A stretch of 55,247 bases of DNA from Thermoplasmata archaeon. Lineage in GTDB: Archaea > Thermoplasmatota > Thermoplasmata > Lutacidiplasmatales > UBA184. The number at the start of each line of letters is the position of its first letter. The stretch's first letter is position 1. Both the position numbers and the translations under genes were made by a program. The notes beneath the pieces are model-generated. The model searched no databases. It had not been told where the DNA came from and saw only the letters and a program-made list of their open reading frames with translations. Location: positions 1 through 55,247 of the forward strand of contig JASHOP010000098.1 in NCBI GenBank assembly GCA_030041075.1, given 5' to 3'. Below, piece after piece: positions 1 to 9,199 of this stretch.

Positions 1-2
1 GT

Positions 3-494
3 CACCCCGACGGGCTCCTGCGCGGCTGCATCGGCTACCCGCTGCCGGTGCTGCCGCTCCGGCTCGCCGTCGCCGGGGCGGCCGTCGCGGCGGCGTTCGA
101 CGATCCCCGGTTCCCGGCCGTGACGTCGGGCGAGCTCGCGACGGTCACGTTCGAGGTGTCGATCCTCACCGTGCCGGTCGCGATCGGCGACGCCGGCCCG
201 GGGTCCGCGGCCGACGGGATCCGGATCGGCCGGGACGGGCTGATCGTCGAGGGGCACGGGACGAGCGGCCTCCTCCTTCCGCAGGTCGCCTCCGAGCAGG
301 GGTGGACGGCCGAGCAGTTCCTCGACGGCACGTGCGAGAAGGCCGGGCTCCCTCCGGACGCCTGGCGCTCTCCCGGCGTCCGGGTGCGCCGGTTCGAGGC
401 GGAGGTGTTCGCGGAGGACGAGCCGTCGGGGCGGATCGTCCGCGTCAGCCCCGGGGCCGATCGGGAGCGCGGACGACGCGCGCCGAGAAGCTGA
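3..494 (+). CDS. AMMECR1-domain protein (AmmeMemoRadiSam protein A family), 5'-partial
   Basis: The frame is open from base 3 and reads HPDGLLRGCIGYP (the LRGCIG signature). It also has DPRFP, GLLLPQVA and CEKAGL motifs. Confidence 0.92.
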   Translation, partial: HPDGLLRGCIGYPLPVLPLRLAVAGAAVAAAFDDPRFPAVTSGELATVTFEVSILTVPVAIGDAGPGSAADGIRIGRDGLIVEGHGTSGLLLPQVASEQGWTAEQFLDGTCEKAGLPPDAWRSPGVRVRRFEAEVFAEDEPSGRIVRVSPGADRERGRRAPRS

Positions 495-3423
495 GCCCCT
501 CGAACGTCCACGTCCCCACGTCCGGTCCGGGGACGAGAGGGCCGTCGACGAGGTCGAGGGCGTCCGCGAGCAGCTCGCGCGCGAGCGCCTCCCGTCGGGG
601 CGCCACCGCCCGGCGGAGCGGCCCGTCGGCGTGGATCGCGACGCGGACGCGGTCGCCGTAGCGGAGCCCGATCTCCTTCCTCCGCTGCTGGAGGCGGCGG
701 GCGACCTCCCGGGCGAGTCCCTCCTCGAGGAGCTCGTCCGTGGGCCGGCGCGGCAGCGCGGCGACCGGGACGCCGTGCTCCTCCCGGACGACCCAGTCGG
801 GATCCGGGTACTGCTCCCGCCGGGCGGCCGGGACCCGGACGACCCGCCGGACGTTGAGCTCGCTCGCGAGGAGCCCGGTCGCCTCCTCGCCGAGAGGGGC
901 GAGGTCGGGCCCGGGGTCCCCGAAGACGACCAGCTCGAGCAGCGGGACCCGGGCCTTCACGCCGGCGCGCTGGCGGAGTTCCCGTCCGACCTCGACGAGC
1001 CCGCGCAGCTCGTCCATCCCCCGCTCGACCGAAACGTCCCGGCGCGCGAGCTCCGACGGCCACGGCGCGGCGTGGACCGAGCCGTCGGCCGTGGCGAACT
1101 CCCGGCCGCCGACCTCCTGGTGGATCCACTCGGCAGTGAACGGGACGAGCGGGGCGATCGCCCGGGCGAGCCCCCCGAGCGCGTACGCGAGCGTCGCGTG
1201 GGCCTGGCGCCGATCGGCCGGGTCCGTCTCCCCCCAGAACCGTGCGCGAGACCGTCGAAGGTACCACGTCGACAGGTCGTCCACGAACGCCCGGACCGCG
1301 GTCGCGCCGTCCCGCGGATCGAACGACTCGAGCGAGCGCTCGATCGCGGCGCGGGTCCCCTCGAGACGCGAGAGGAGCCAGCGGTCGAGCAGCGCGGGCG
1401 GCGACGGGCGGTCGGGGGCGGGACCGAGCCCGTCGGCGCGCGCGTTCTCGAGGTGGAAGGCGACGGCGTGCCGCAGCGTGCCGAGCGTGCGCCCGGCGAC
1501 CTTCTCGATCCCGGTCTCGCTGACGCGCATCGGCTCGGTGAAGTCGAGCGCGAGGAACCCCCACCGCGACGCGTCGCCCCCCAGGCGCTCCAGCATCGCG
1601 AGCGGCTCGAGGGCGTTCCCCCGCGACTTCGACATCTTGCGCCCCGACTCGTCGAGGACGAGACCGCTGGTGACGCACGACCGGTACGCCGGTCGGTCGA
1701 ACAGCGTCACGGCCAGCACGAGGAGGGTGTAGAACCAGCCCCGGGTCTGGTCGAGCCCCTCGGCGATGTAGTCGAGCGGAGCCGCCGGGTCGAACGGTCC
1801 GGGGTCGAACGGGTAGTGGTACTGCGCGAACGGGGCGGCTCCCGCGTCGTACCAGGCGTCGATCGTGTACGGCTCCCGTCGGGCTTCGAGGCCGCAGGTC
1901 CCGCACCGGAGGGTGAGCCGGTCGACCGTGACCCGGTGCGGGTCGAGCGGGTCCGGGAGCGGCGGCGTCGCCCGCTCCGCCAGCTCCGCGAAGCTCCCCA
2001 CGCACGTCGCGTGGCCGGCCGCGCAGATCCAGATCGGAAGCGGCGTGCCCCAGTAGCGGTTGCGGGAGAGCGCCCAGTCCTTCGCCTCGGTGAGGAAGTT
2101 CCCGAAGCGGCCGTCCCGGTAGCTCGACGGGACCCAGGCGACCGACCGGTTGTGGCGGACCAGGCCCTCGGTGACGCGCGACGTCCGCACGAACCACGAA
2201 TCCATCGCCCGGTAGAGGAGCGCCGAGTCGCAGCGCCAGCAGAACGGGTAGACGTGGCGGAGCGACTCCGACCGGTAGAGGAGCCCCCGGCTCTCGAGCT
2301 CCCGCACGAGCACCGCGTCGGCGGCCTTGAACGCCTTCCCGGCGACGAGGGGGACCCCGTCCGTGAAGTGGCCCCGCGAGTCCAGCGGGTCGAAGACGCC
2401 GACGCGCTCCCGCGCCCCGATGCGGAGGTCGTCCGGCCCGAAGCTGGGGGCGACGTGGACGAACCCGGTCCCCTCCGCCACGGTCACGAAGTCGTCGAGG
2501 ACCACCCGGTACCGTCCGGGCGCCGGCCCGGGCGTGTCGAACGGCGGCCGGTACGCACGGCCGGCGAGCTCGCGCCCGGCGAGCCGCGCGACGACGTCGG
2601 CGCCCGCGGGGAAGTACCGGGGTACCGCCGCCGACGCCAGGACGACCTCGCGGCCGTCCGCCTCCCGCACCACGGCGTACTCCGTCTCCGCGCGGGCCGC
2701 CACCAGGAGGTTCGCCGGCAGGGTCCACGGCGTGGTGGTCCAGACGAGGAGGTCCCGGGGCGTCCCGGACGCGGGGTCGAGCGGGAACCGGACCGTGACG
2801 GACGGGTCGGTGGTCTCGTGGTACCCCTGCGCCACCTCGTGCGACGAGAGCGACGTCTCGCAGCGCGGACAGTACGGAAGCACGTAATGGTCCTTCTCGA
2901 GGAGGCCGCAGTCGAACAGGGTCTTGAGCGACCACCAGACGCTCTCGATGTACGGCGGGTCCATCGTGCGGTACGCCCGGTCGTAGTCGAGCCAGTAGCC
3001 GAGGCGCCGGCTCATCGTCCGCCAGACGGAGGCGACCCGGAGCGTGTCCTCGCGGCAGGCGTCGCAGAACCGCTCGACCCCGAACGCCTCGATGTCGTGG
3101 TGCGAGCGCAGACCGTGGCGCTTCTCGATCTCGAGCTCGACCGCCAGCCCGTGGCAGTCCCAGCCCGCCATCGAGCTCACGATGCGGAACCCTTGCATCC
3201 GGCGGTAGCGCAGTTGCACGTCCTTGAGGACCCGCGCGACCAGGTGGCCGACGTGCGGGGGTCCGTTCGCCGTCGGCGGACCCTCCGTGAACCGGAAGAC
3301 GGGTCCGTCGGCCGGGCCCGCGAGCGTCCGGCCCGGGACGTCGGTTCGCTGCCAGTAGGCGAGGACCCGCTCCTGGACCGCCACCGCGGACGGGGCCCCG
3401 ACCTCCTCGGCCTCGGACGCCAC
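445..3423 (-). CDS. ileS: Isoleucine--tRNA ligase (type 2, archaeal/eukaryote-like)
   Basis: GPPTANG..HVGH (HIGH), GWDCHGL, WTTTPWTLPAN editing motif, EGLDQTRGWF and KMSKS; 992 aa. Confidence 0.96.
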   Translation of the reverse strand: MASEAEEVGAPSAVAVQERVLAYWQRTDVPGRTLAGPADGPVFRFTEGPPTANGPPHVGHLVARVLKDVQLRYRRMQGFRIVSSMAGWDCHGLAVELEIEKRHGLRSHHDIEAFGVERFCDACREDTLRVASVWRTMSRRLGYWLDYDRAYRTMDPPYIESVWWSLKTLFDCGLLEKDHYVLPYCPRCETSLSSHEVAQGYHETTDPSVTVRFPLDPASGTPRDLLVWTTTPWTLPANLLVAARAETEYAVVREADGREVVLASAAVPRYFPAGADVVARLAGRELAGRAYRPPFDTPGPAPGRYRVVLDDFVTVAEGTGFVHVAPSFGPDDLRIGARERVGVFDPLDSRGHFTDGVPLVAGKAFKAADAVLVRELESRGLLYRSESLRHVYPFCWRCDSALLYRAMDSWFVRTSRVTEGLVRHNRSVAWVPSSYRDGRFGNFLTEAKDWALSRNRYWGTPLPIWICAAGHATCVGSFAELAERATPPLPDPLDPHRVTVDRLTLRCGTCGLEARREPYTIDAWYDAGAAPFAQYHYPFDPGPFDPAAPLDYIAEGLDQTRGWFYTLLVLAVTLFDRPAYRSCVTSGLVLDESGRKMSKSRGNALEPLAMLERLGGDASRWGFLALDFTEPMRVSETGIEKVAGRTLGTLRHAVAFHLENARADGLGPAPDRPSPPALLDRWLLSRLEGTRAAIERSLESFDPRDGATAVRAFVDDLSTWYLRRSRARFWGETDPADRRQAHATLAYALGGLARAIAPLVPFTAEWIHQEVGGREFATADGSVHAAPWPSELARRDVSVERGMDELRGLVEVGRELRQRAGVKARVPLLELVVFGDPGPDLAPLGEEATGLLASELNVRRVVRVPAARREQYPDPDWVVREEHGVPVAALPRRPTDELLEEGLAREVARRLQQRRKEIGLRYGDRVRVAIHADGPLRRAVAPRREALARELLADALDLVDGPLVPGPDVGTWTFEGLSFSARVVRAPDRPRG

Positions 3424-3447
3424 GAGCGGCCGCGACGCCGCGGAGGG

Positions 3448-3453
3448 AAAAAA
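3448..3453 (-). promoter_or_regulatory. Putative TATA box of ileS
   Basis: T6 run on the minus strand about 25 nt upstream of the GTG at 3423, in an otherwise GC-rich context. Confidence 0.5.
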
Positions 3454-3469
3454 GCCCGACGAGGTCCCG

Positions 3470-4267
3470 CTACCGGCGGAGCCCCGGCGGCGGCGCGCTG
3501 CGGGATTCCGGGCCGACCCGGCTCGAGCGGTGGGACCGGATCACCGTGCCCTCGACCGCGGCGACGTGGCAGTCCCGTCCGAGGGCGAGGGTCTTCGCGC
3601 GGACGAAGCCGACGACGGCCGACGTGAGCTCGACGGTATCGGCGTCGATCCGGTCGACGGAGACGACGACGCGGCGTCCCAGGACCCGTCCGACCGGATC
3701 GGCGGGCCGCGCCTCCAGGCGGACCGAGCTCGCCTCGATCGTCCCGAACGCGGAGTCCTCGTGGAGCACGGCGTCGACCCGCTCGGCCGTCACGGTGCCC
3801 GGTACCCGGGCCTCACCCTGGATCGACAGCGCGCCGACGCGGGCCGAGCCCGCCGAAAACGACCCGCGCGCGGTCAGGAGGCGGTCGACCCGGATCTCGC
3901 CGGCCACGCGTGCATCGCCGCGAAGCTCCGCGTCCGAGGCGTGGACGGTCGAGCCCGCCCGGAGCGTGCCGACCGCGGCCAGCGACGACCGGACCTCGAC
4001 CGCTCCGGCGACCTCGAGGGTCCCGTCCGCCGAGCAGGCGTCGGCCGTGAGAGCACCCGCGACCACGAGCGTGCCGCGGATCGTGGCGGTGCCCACGTCG
4101 ACCTCGCCGAGGACCTTCGCGACGCCCGCCATCTCCCAGGTCGCCGCGCGAACGCGGTCGCGTCGGACCGTGCCCCGGTCGGAGAGCCGGCCCTGGCGCG
4201 GGGCGCTCGGCGAGGGACCGGCCGGCAGCGCGGACGGGGCGGTGGGAGACGGGGAACTCGCTGGCAC
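3470..4267 (-). CDS. Bactofilin-like (polymer-forming, CcmA/YhbD-like) beta-solenoid protein
   Basis: Repeated short beta motifs of the (V/I/L)xGx(V/L)xV type throughout, e.g. ATIRGTLVVAG, ELRGDARVAG, SIQGEARVPG. Confidence 0.6.
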   Translation of the reverse strand: MPASSPSPTAPSALPAGPSPSAPRQGRLSDRGTVRRDRVRAATWEMAGVAKVLGEVDVGTATIRGTLVVAGALTADACSADGTLEVAGAVEVRSSLAAVGTLRAGSTVHASDAELRGDARVAGEIRVDRLLTARGSFSAGSARVGALSIQGEARVPGTVTAERVDAVLHEDSAFGTIEASSVRLEARPADPVGRVLGRRVVVSVDRIDADTVELTSAVVGFVRAKTLALGRDCHVAAVEGTVIRSHRSSRVGPESRSAPPPGLRR

Positions 4268-4273
4268 GGCCGC

Positions 4274-4705
4274 TCAGGAGGGCGACACGGGAGGGAGGCG
4301 CAGGCGGCGGTGCTGGGCCATGATGCAGAGGTTCTCGACGACCGTCGCTCCGGCCCGCCGCGCCCGGGCCGCGGCCTCCGCATTCTCCACGCCGAGCTGC
4401 ATCCAGACGGTCGGGACGCGACGGGCGAGCGCCTCGTCGACGATCGGGCCGACCTGGTCGCTCCGGCGGAAGATGTCGGCGATGTCCACCGCCACACCGG
4501 GCGGGATCGCCGCGATCGAGGGGAACGACCGCTCCCCGAGAACCTCCGCCAACGCCGGATTGACCGGCACGATCCGGTACCCCTGGGATATCAGGTAGCG
4601 GGCGACCTCGTTCGAGTCGCGATCCGGCTTGTCCGAGATCCCGACGATCGCGATCGTCCGGGCCGCTTCGAGGACGGAGCGCAGCTCGGCGTCGGAGGGA
4701 GGCAT
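4274..4705 (-). CDS. CoA-binding protein (YccU family)
   Basis: TIAIVGISDKPDRDS, PVNP, DIFRRS, WMQLG and NLCIM motifs; 143 aa. Confidence 0.93.
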   Translation of the reverse strand: MPPSDAELRSVLEAARTIAIVGISDKPDRDSNEVARYLISQGYRIVPVNPALAEVLGERSFPSIAAIPPGVAVDIADIFRRSDQVGPIVDEALARRVPTVWMQLGVENAEAAARARRAGATVVENLCIMAQHRRLRLPPVSPS

Positions 4706-4781
4706 CGGGCCGCGAACGGGGGCCGGTTCTTGATGGTGACGGACCGAGAACCCCTAAGGACCCGGGCCGCTTCCCCGACGC

Positions 4782-5168
4782 ATGTATCTCGACTACGCGG
4801 GCGTTCGGGTAACGGACCTCCGGCGGGCGATGCGGTTCTTCACCGCGGGGCTGGGCCTGGTGGAGGCCCGTCGCGGGCGCATGCGCCACGGCGGGGTCTG
4901 GGTCCTCCTCGAGGATCGCGCCTCGGGCCAGCGCCTCGAGCTCAACTGGTACCCGGCGGGCTCGCGATACGCGACTCCGTTCGCTCCCGGCGAGGGGCTC
5001 GACCATCTCGGGGTCCGGGTCCAGAGCCTCGCCGCCGCGGGCCGGCGTCTGCGGAACGCCGGAGGGAGGAAGGTCGTCTACGTGCGCGGGCGGTCGGGAC
5101 CGGAGGTGGAGTACTACGAGGGCCCGGACGGGTTCTGGGTCGAGCTCATCCGGAGCCCCAGCGAGTAG
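4782..5168 (+). CDS. VOC/glyoxalase family protein
   Basis: GVRVTDL..AMRFFT, LELNW, DHLG and EGPDGFWVEL motifs. Confidence 0.88.
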   Translation: MYLDYAGVRVTDLRRAMRFFTAGLGLVEARRGRMRHGGVWVLLEDRASGQRLELNWYPAGSRYATPFAPGEGLDHLGVRVQSLAAAGRRLRNAGGRKVVYVRGRSGPEVEYYEGPDGFWVELIRSPSE

Positions 5169-5183
5169 GCGCCGATCGAGGGA

Positions 5184-6035
5184 TCATCCGGCCCCTCCCG
5201 GACCCGGGGTGCCGGAGCCGCTCGGGGGGTCCGGGAGAGACCGGAGGAGGTGGATCAGCGCGATCACCAGCCCGAGGAGAACCGGGACGTAGCGCGCGAG
5301 CAGCCCGCCGTCCGGAGAGATCAGCGTCAGGAACGCCGACGCGTCGAACGCGCCGTGGAGGAGCGCGACCACGACGAGGTTCCCCCCCGAGGCCCGGTAC
5401 GTGGCGGCGAAGGCGAACCCGACGAGAAACAGGCTCGGGAAGATGAGGGGCGCCGCGATCCCGTACGTCGTCCCGTAGTACAGGTGCACGCCGGCGAACA
5501 GCGCACTCGTCCACCCGGCGGCAACGACCCACGAGCCCGGGCGGTCCCGCCAGAATCCGTAGATCCAGCCTCGAAAGATCGTCTCCTCGATACCCCCGAT
5601 CACGAACGAGAAACCGACCCAGAACCACGGGTCCGACTGGGCCGCCACGATCGGCGGCGAGGGCCGGCTCAAAAGCTGGAGCGCGCCGGGGTCGACCGCC
5701 GCGTAGACCGCCGCCAGGATCAGCGTCACGATCAGCGCGAGCAGCGTGAGGAGTCCGTACCACCGCAGGCCCTCCCAGGCGGCGACGCCCATGCGGGCGC
5801 GCCAGCGACGCAGCGGTCCGGCGCCGACCAGCCCCGAGAAGGCGACCACCGGGATCCCGTACACGACGAGCAGGTCGCCCGAGAGGCTCGCGTAAACGGC
5901 CCGCGTCGCCGGTAGGGTCTGCGGCACGAAGTACTGGCTGAGGATCGCGAGAACCGTGACCGCGACGCCGAGCGCGTACCGAACGGTCCCGGACGGTAGG
6001 GGTGTCGCTTCGTCCGGGGCGGACGTCGCGGGCAC
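5184..6035 (-). CDS. CPBP-family (CAAX/Abi) intramembrane glutamic protease
   Basis: Multiple hydrophobic helices with EETIFRG, FAGVH and HGAFD motifs. Confidence 0.9.
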   Translation of the reverse strand: MPATSAPDEATPLPSGTVRYALGVAVTVLAILSQYFVPQTLPATRAVYASLSGDLLVVYGIPVVAFSGLVGAGPLRRWRARMGVAAWEGLRWYGLLTLLALIVTLILAAVYAAVDPGALQLLSRPSPPIVAAQSDPWFWVGFSFVIGGIEETIFRGWIYGFWRDRPGSWVVAAGWTSALFAGVHLYYGTTYGIAAPLIFPSLFLVGFAFAATYRASGGNLVVVALLHGAFDASAFLTLISPDGGLLARYVPVLLGLVIALIHLLRSLPDPPSGSGTPGPGGAG

Positions 6036-6091
6036 GGGACCGCGACCGGTGGCGGCCTCATAGCCCCGGCGCGCCTCCGGAGCGGGCGGGC

Positions 6092-7903
6092 ATGGATTGC
6101 GTCGTCCTGGCCAAGGTCGTTCCCGCTCGCGATTCGCTCCGCTTCGATCCCGGGACCCGGACGGCGATCCGCGACGGCCCGGTGGTCCATCTCAATCCGT
6201 TCGACCAGCGGGCGATCCGCGTCGCTCTCGAGCTGCGCCGGGGCGGGGAGTCCGTCCGGGTCGTGTCGCTCGGGCCACCCAACGCCGTCCCGGTCCTGCG
6301 CGAGGTGCGCGCCCTCGGGGTCGATCACGTGCGCCTCCTCTCGGACCTCGCGTTCGCCGGCTCGGACGTCCTCGCCACGGCCCGGGCCCTCGCGGCCGGC
6401 GCCGGTACCCTCGGACGCGACCTCGTGCTGACCGGGGAACGGACGACCGACAGCGAGACGGGCGAGGTCGGGCCCGAGGTCGCCGCGCTCCTGGGCATGC
6501 CGGTCGTCAGCGGCGCCCGCTCGATCGCTCGGGTCGCGGGCGATCGGCTCCTCGTGGAGGTCGACACCCCGACTGGCTGGGCCCGGGTGCGGGTCCCGCT
6601 ACCCGCGGTCGTCTCGGTGGGGGAGAAGATCGCGAAACCCCTGCGGGCGACCCCCGAGGCGGTCGCCGCACTCAACGACCCGGCCGTGGAGGTCGTCGGT
6701 CCTCGCGACGTCGGGGTCGACCCGTCGCGGGTCGGTATCGCCGGCTCGCCCACCGTCGTCGCGTCGGTCCACGAGGCGGCCCCCGCGAGGGAGCCCCGGG
6801 TGTTCGCGGAGGGACCGCCGGCCGAACGCGTCCGCGCGGCGGTCGAGGCGCTCGGCCCGCTCGTCGCCGGCCCGGCGCCTCCGCCAGCCCCCCTCCCGCC
6901 CCCGCCCCATCCGCTCGCGCCGGACCGTGAGATCGCGGTCCTCGTCACCGACCCCCACGGAGAGCTCGATCCCGATTCGCTGGGGATCGTCTCCGAGGTC
7001 CGTCGCTCGCTCCCGGGGTACTGGCCCTCCGCCCTTTGGGCCGGGCCCCCGCCGAGCGAGGGAGCGACCTATCGCCTCGAGCTCGCGGGGGCCCTCGGCG
7101 GCTACCTCCTGGGTCTCGCGGGAGCCGGGTTCGACTCCGGGGCCGCCGCCGGCGCGGTGGAGCGGGCGCTCGACCTTCGCGGCGATCTGGCGGCGGCCGT
7201 GTTCCCGGGCACCCCGTTCGGCCGGGAGGTGGCGGGCCAGGTCGCCGCGCACCGGGCGCTGGGCCTCGTCGCCGACGGCGTGCGTGCGGCTCCGTCGCCC
7301 GACGGCCGGATCGTCTGGACGAAGCCGTCGTTCGGGGGCCGGACCCTCGCGACGATCCGCACGACGACCCGGCCCGGGCTCGCCACCGTCCCGCCCGGCG
7401 CGTTCGTCGCGTCGCAGGCGCCGGGGACCCCGGGAGGGCTCCGGTGGACGCGCGTCGACCTGCCGCCGACGCGTCCCCGCGTCGAGCGCGAGGCCGAGGG
7501 CCAAGAGCTGAAGCCGGGCTCCCCGGTCGACGGATCCGGGGTGGTCGTCGCGGTCGGCATGGGGATCGGGGGCCCGGACGGGATCGCCCGGCTCGCGCCG
7601 ACGCTCCGCCGCTGGGGCGCGGCGCTCACCGCGACGCGGCGCGTGGTCGACGCGGGCTGGGTGCCGCGGCAGCGCCAGGTGGGGCTCACCGGCCGCTCGT
7701 ACGCGCCGAGGCTCGCGGTCCTGCTCGGCGTCCAGGGCACGACGAACCACATGGTCGGGTGGGGCCGGGCCCGCGCGATCCTCGGGGTCAATGCCGACCG
7801 GGGCGCCCCGCTGTTCCACGCGGTCGACGTGGGGATCGTCGGGGAGCTCGACGCGATCGTCCCGGAGCTGGAGCGTCCGATCGCCCGGCTGCTCGGGCGC
7901 TGA
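6092..7903 (+). CDS. Fused electron transfer flavoprotein beta-alpha (FixA-FixB-like)
   Basis: The N half has NPFD, GSDVLATA and DSETGEVG (ETF beta). The C half has KPSFGG, TRRVVDAGW, QVGLTG and APLF (ETF alpha FAD domain). Start reassigned to the ATG at 6092. Confidence 0.88.
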   Translation: MDCVVLAKVVPARDSLRFDPGTRTAIRDGPVVHLNPFDQRAIRVALELRRGGESVRVVSLGPPNAVPVLREVRALGVDHVRLLSDLAFAGSDVLATARALAAGAGTLGRDLVLTGERTTDSETGEVGPEVAALLGMPVVSGARSIARVAGDRLLVEVDTPTGWARVRVPLPAVVSVGEKIAKPLRATPEAVAALNDPAVEVVGPRDVGVDPSRVGIAGSPTVVASVHEAAPAREPRVFAEGPPAERVRAAVEALGPLVAGPAPPPAPLPPPPHPLAPDREIAVLVTDPHGELDPDSLGIVSEVRRSLPGYWPSALWAGPPPSEGATYRLELAGALGGYLLGLAGAGFDSGAAAGAVERALDLRGDLAAAVFPGTPFGREVAGQVAAHRALGLVADGVRAAPSPDGRIVWTKPSFGGRTLATIRTTTRPGLATVPPGAFVASQAPGTPGGLRWTRVDLPPTRPRVEREAEGQELKPGSPVDGSGVVVAVGMGIGGPDGIARLAPTLRRWGAALTATRRVVDAGWVPRQRQVGLTGRSYAPRLAVLLGVQGTTNHMVGWGRARAILGVNADRGAPLFHAVDVGIVGELDAIVPELERPIARLLGR

Positions 7904-8125
7904 TCAGACCGGCCGGCCCGTCGCCCGCTCGGCCGCCCCCAGGCACGCGAGGAGGTCGTCCAGGGTGGCGCGCGCGCTCGACGCGGACGGGGCGGTGAGC
8001 CGCACCGTGAGCGACGCTCCGTCGGCCCGTAGGACGACGAAGTCGGGCGTGTCCGCCCGGACCGCGTCGCGCAGGGCCCGCGCCGCGCGCGGCGAGCGGC
8101 ACGCCCGCCGGACGACGACGGTCAC
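7904..8125 (-). CDS. KEOPS complex subunit Pcc1-like protein
   Basis: 73-aa 3' end of a longer spurious ORF, with LTVRLTAPSASSARATLDDLLACL resembling Pcc1. The GTG start overlaps the upstream stop (GTGA). Confidence 0.65.
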   Translation of the reverse strand: MTVVVRRACRSPRAARALRDAVRADTPDFVVLRADGASLTVRLTAPSASSARATLDDLLACLGAAERATGRPV

Positions 8126-9123
8126 CCGGACGGGGGACGCCGGGGAACGGACGGCGCCGATGCGGACCCCCCTCCCGTCGAGGCTCCCGGCCCCCGGTCC
8201 AGCGCGCCCGGGACGATCGGGGCCGTGTGGGTGCGGCGTTCGGTCTCGCGGGCCGCGCGCTCCCGGAGGTAGTCCAGGATCGACGGCCAGACCGTCCCGT
8301 CCGCCCGCTGCTTGTTCTCGAAGTTGTGCTCCCCGACGAACCGGGCGAACGCGGCCTGGCTCGCCGGGTCCCAGGTCCCGTTGAGCCGGCCGGTGTAGTA
8401 GCCGAGCACCGCGAGGTCGTGCTGGAGCGCGGCGGCGGTCTCCCCCTCGATACGGAGTAGGGTCGACTCGTCCTCGCGCGAGAGCATCGTGAGGTCGTAC
8501 AGCCGGAATATCCGCCGGAGCTCCTCGATCGGGTGCGGGTGATCGTCGACGCGCAGGTCGACCCACCGGTCGCCCTTCCCGCCGTACCCTCCGCCCGGTT
8601 TCGCGACGACCAGCGCCGCCGACTGCATCCCGCGCCGGTCGCCGCCCTCCCGCTGGCCGGCCGCGAGGGCGGCGAGGAGGCGGTCGAGGATGTCGCCCCG
8701 CGTCGAGTCGTACGCCCGGGCCATCGCGCGCACCACGTCGGGGCCGACCAGGATGTTGCCCTGGCAGGCGAACCCCGTACCGACCTCGTGGCCGGCCCAG
8801 GCGAGGCATTTCGCGCCCGTGAACGCCGCGGCCCGGCCCCGGGCGTCGACGACCCCGAGCTGACGCTCGTCCCGCCCCGGGTCGGCGGACGTCAGGCGGC
8901 GGACGACCTCCTCCGCCGCCACGCCCTGCCGCAGCAGGGCCAGGCCCTCCGGCCCGTACGATGCGTTGGCGAGCGCCTGGGTCGCGACCGCTCCCGCGCC
9001 GGCCTCCGCGAACGGGACGACCGCGCCCACCGCGATGAACTTCGACTGGACCGCGACCCCCCAGGCGCCGGTCTCGGCGTCGTGGGCGACGATCGAGAAC
9101 GTCCCGAACGCCGGAACGGGCAT
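8122..9123 (-). CDS. DUF1028 Ntn-hydrolase-like protein with C-terminal putative peptidoglycan-binding-like domain
   Basis: TFSIVA N-terminus, GAVATQA, QGNIL, GGDRRG.QSAA and DLRVDDH motifs; C-terminal LAVLGYY...NFENK domain. Confidence 0.9.
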   Translation of the reverse strand: MPVPAFGTFSIVAHDAETGAWGVAVQSKFIAVGAVVPFAEAGAGAVATQALANASYGPEGLALLRQGVAAEEVVRRLTSADPGRDERQLGVVDARGRAAAFTGAKCLAWAGHEVGTGFACQGNILVGPDVVRAMARAYDSTRGDILDRLLAALAAGQREGGDRRGMQSAALVVAKPGGGYGGKGDRWVDLRVDDHPHPIEELRRIFRLYDLTMLSREDESTLLRIEGETAAALQHDLAVLGYYTGRLNGTWDPASQAAFARFVGEHNFENKQRADGTVWPSILDYLRERAARETERRTHTAPIVPGALDRGPGASTGGGSASAPSVPRRPPSG

Positions 9124-9199
9124 CTCCCGACCCGACCCGGCCGGGACCCTTAACGTCTAGGCGCCGCCGGACCCCCCGGGGAGGGCCCGCGGCCCCGAC

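Noticed and set aside
35..3627. Very long alternative-frame and antisense ORFs over ileS (966 and 998 aa), and similar ones elsewhere such as 36360-40421 (1353 aa)
   Set aside because: These are Arg/Pro/Gly-rich or antisense shadow ORFs expected at extreme GC3; they have no motifs and overlap well-supported genes.
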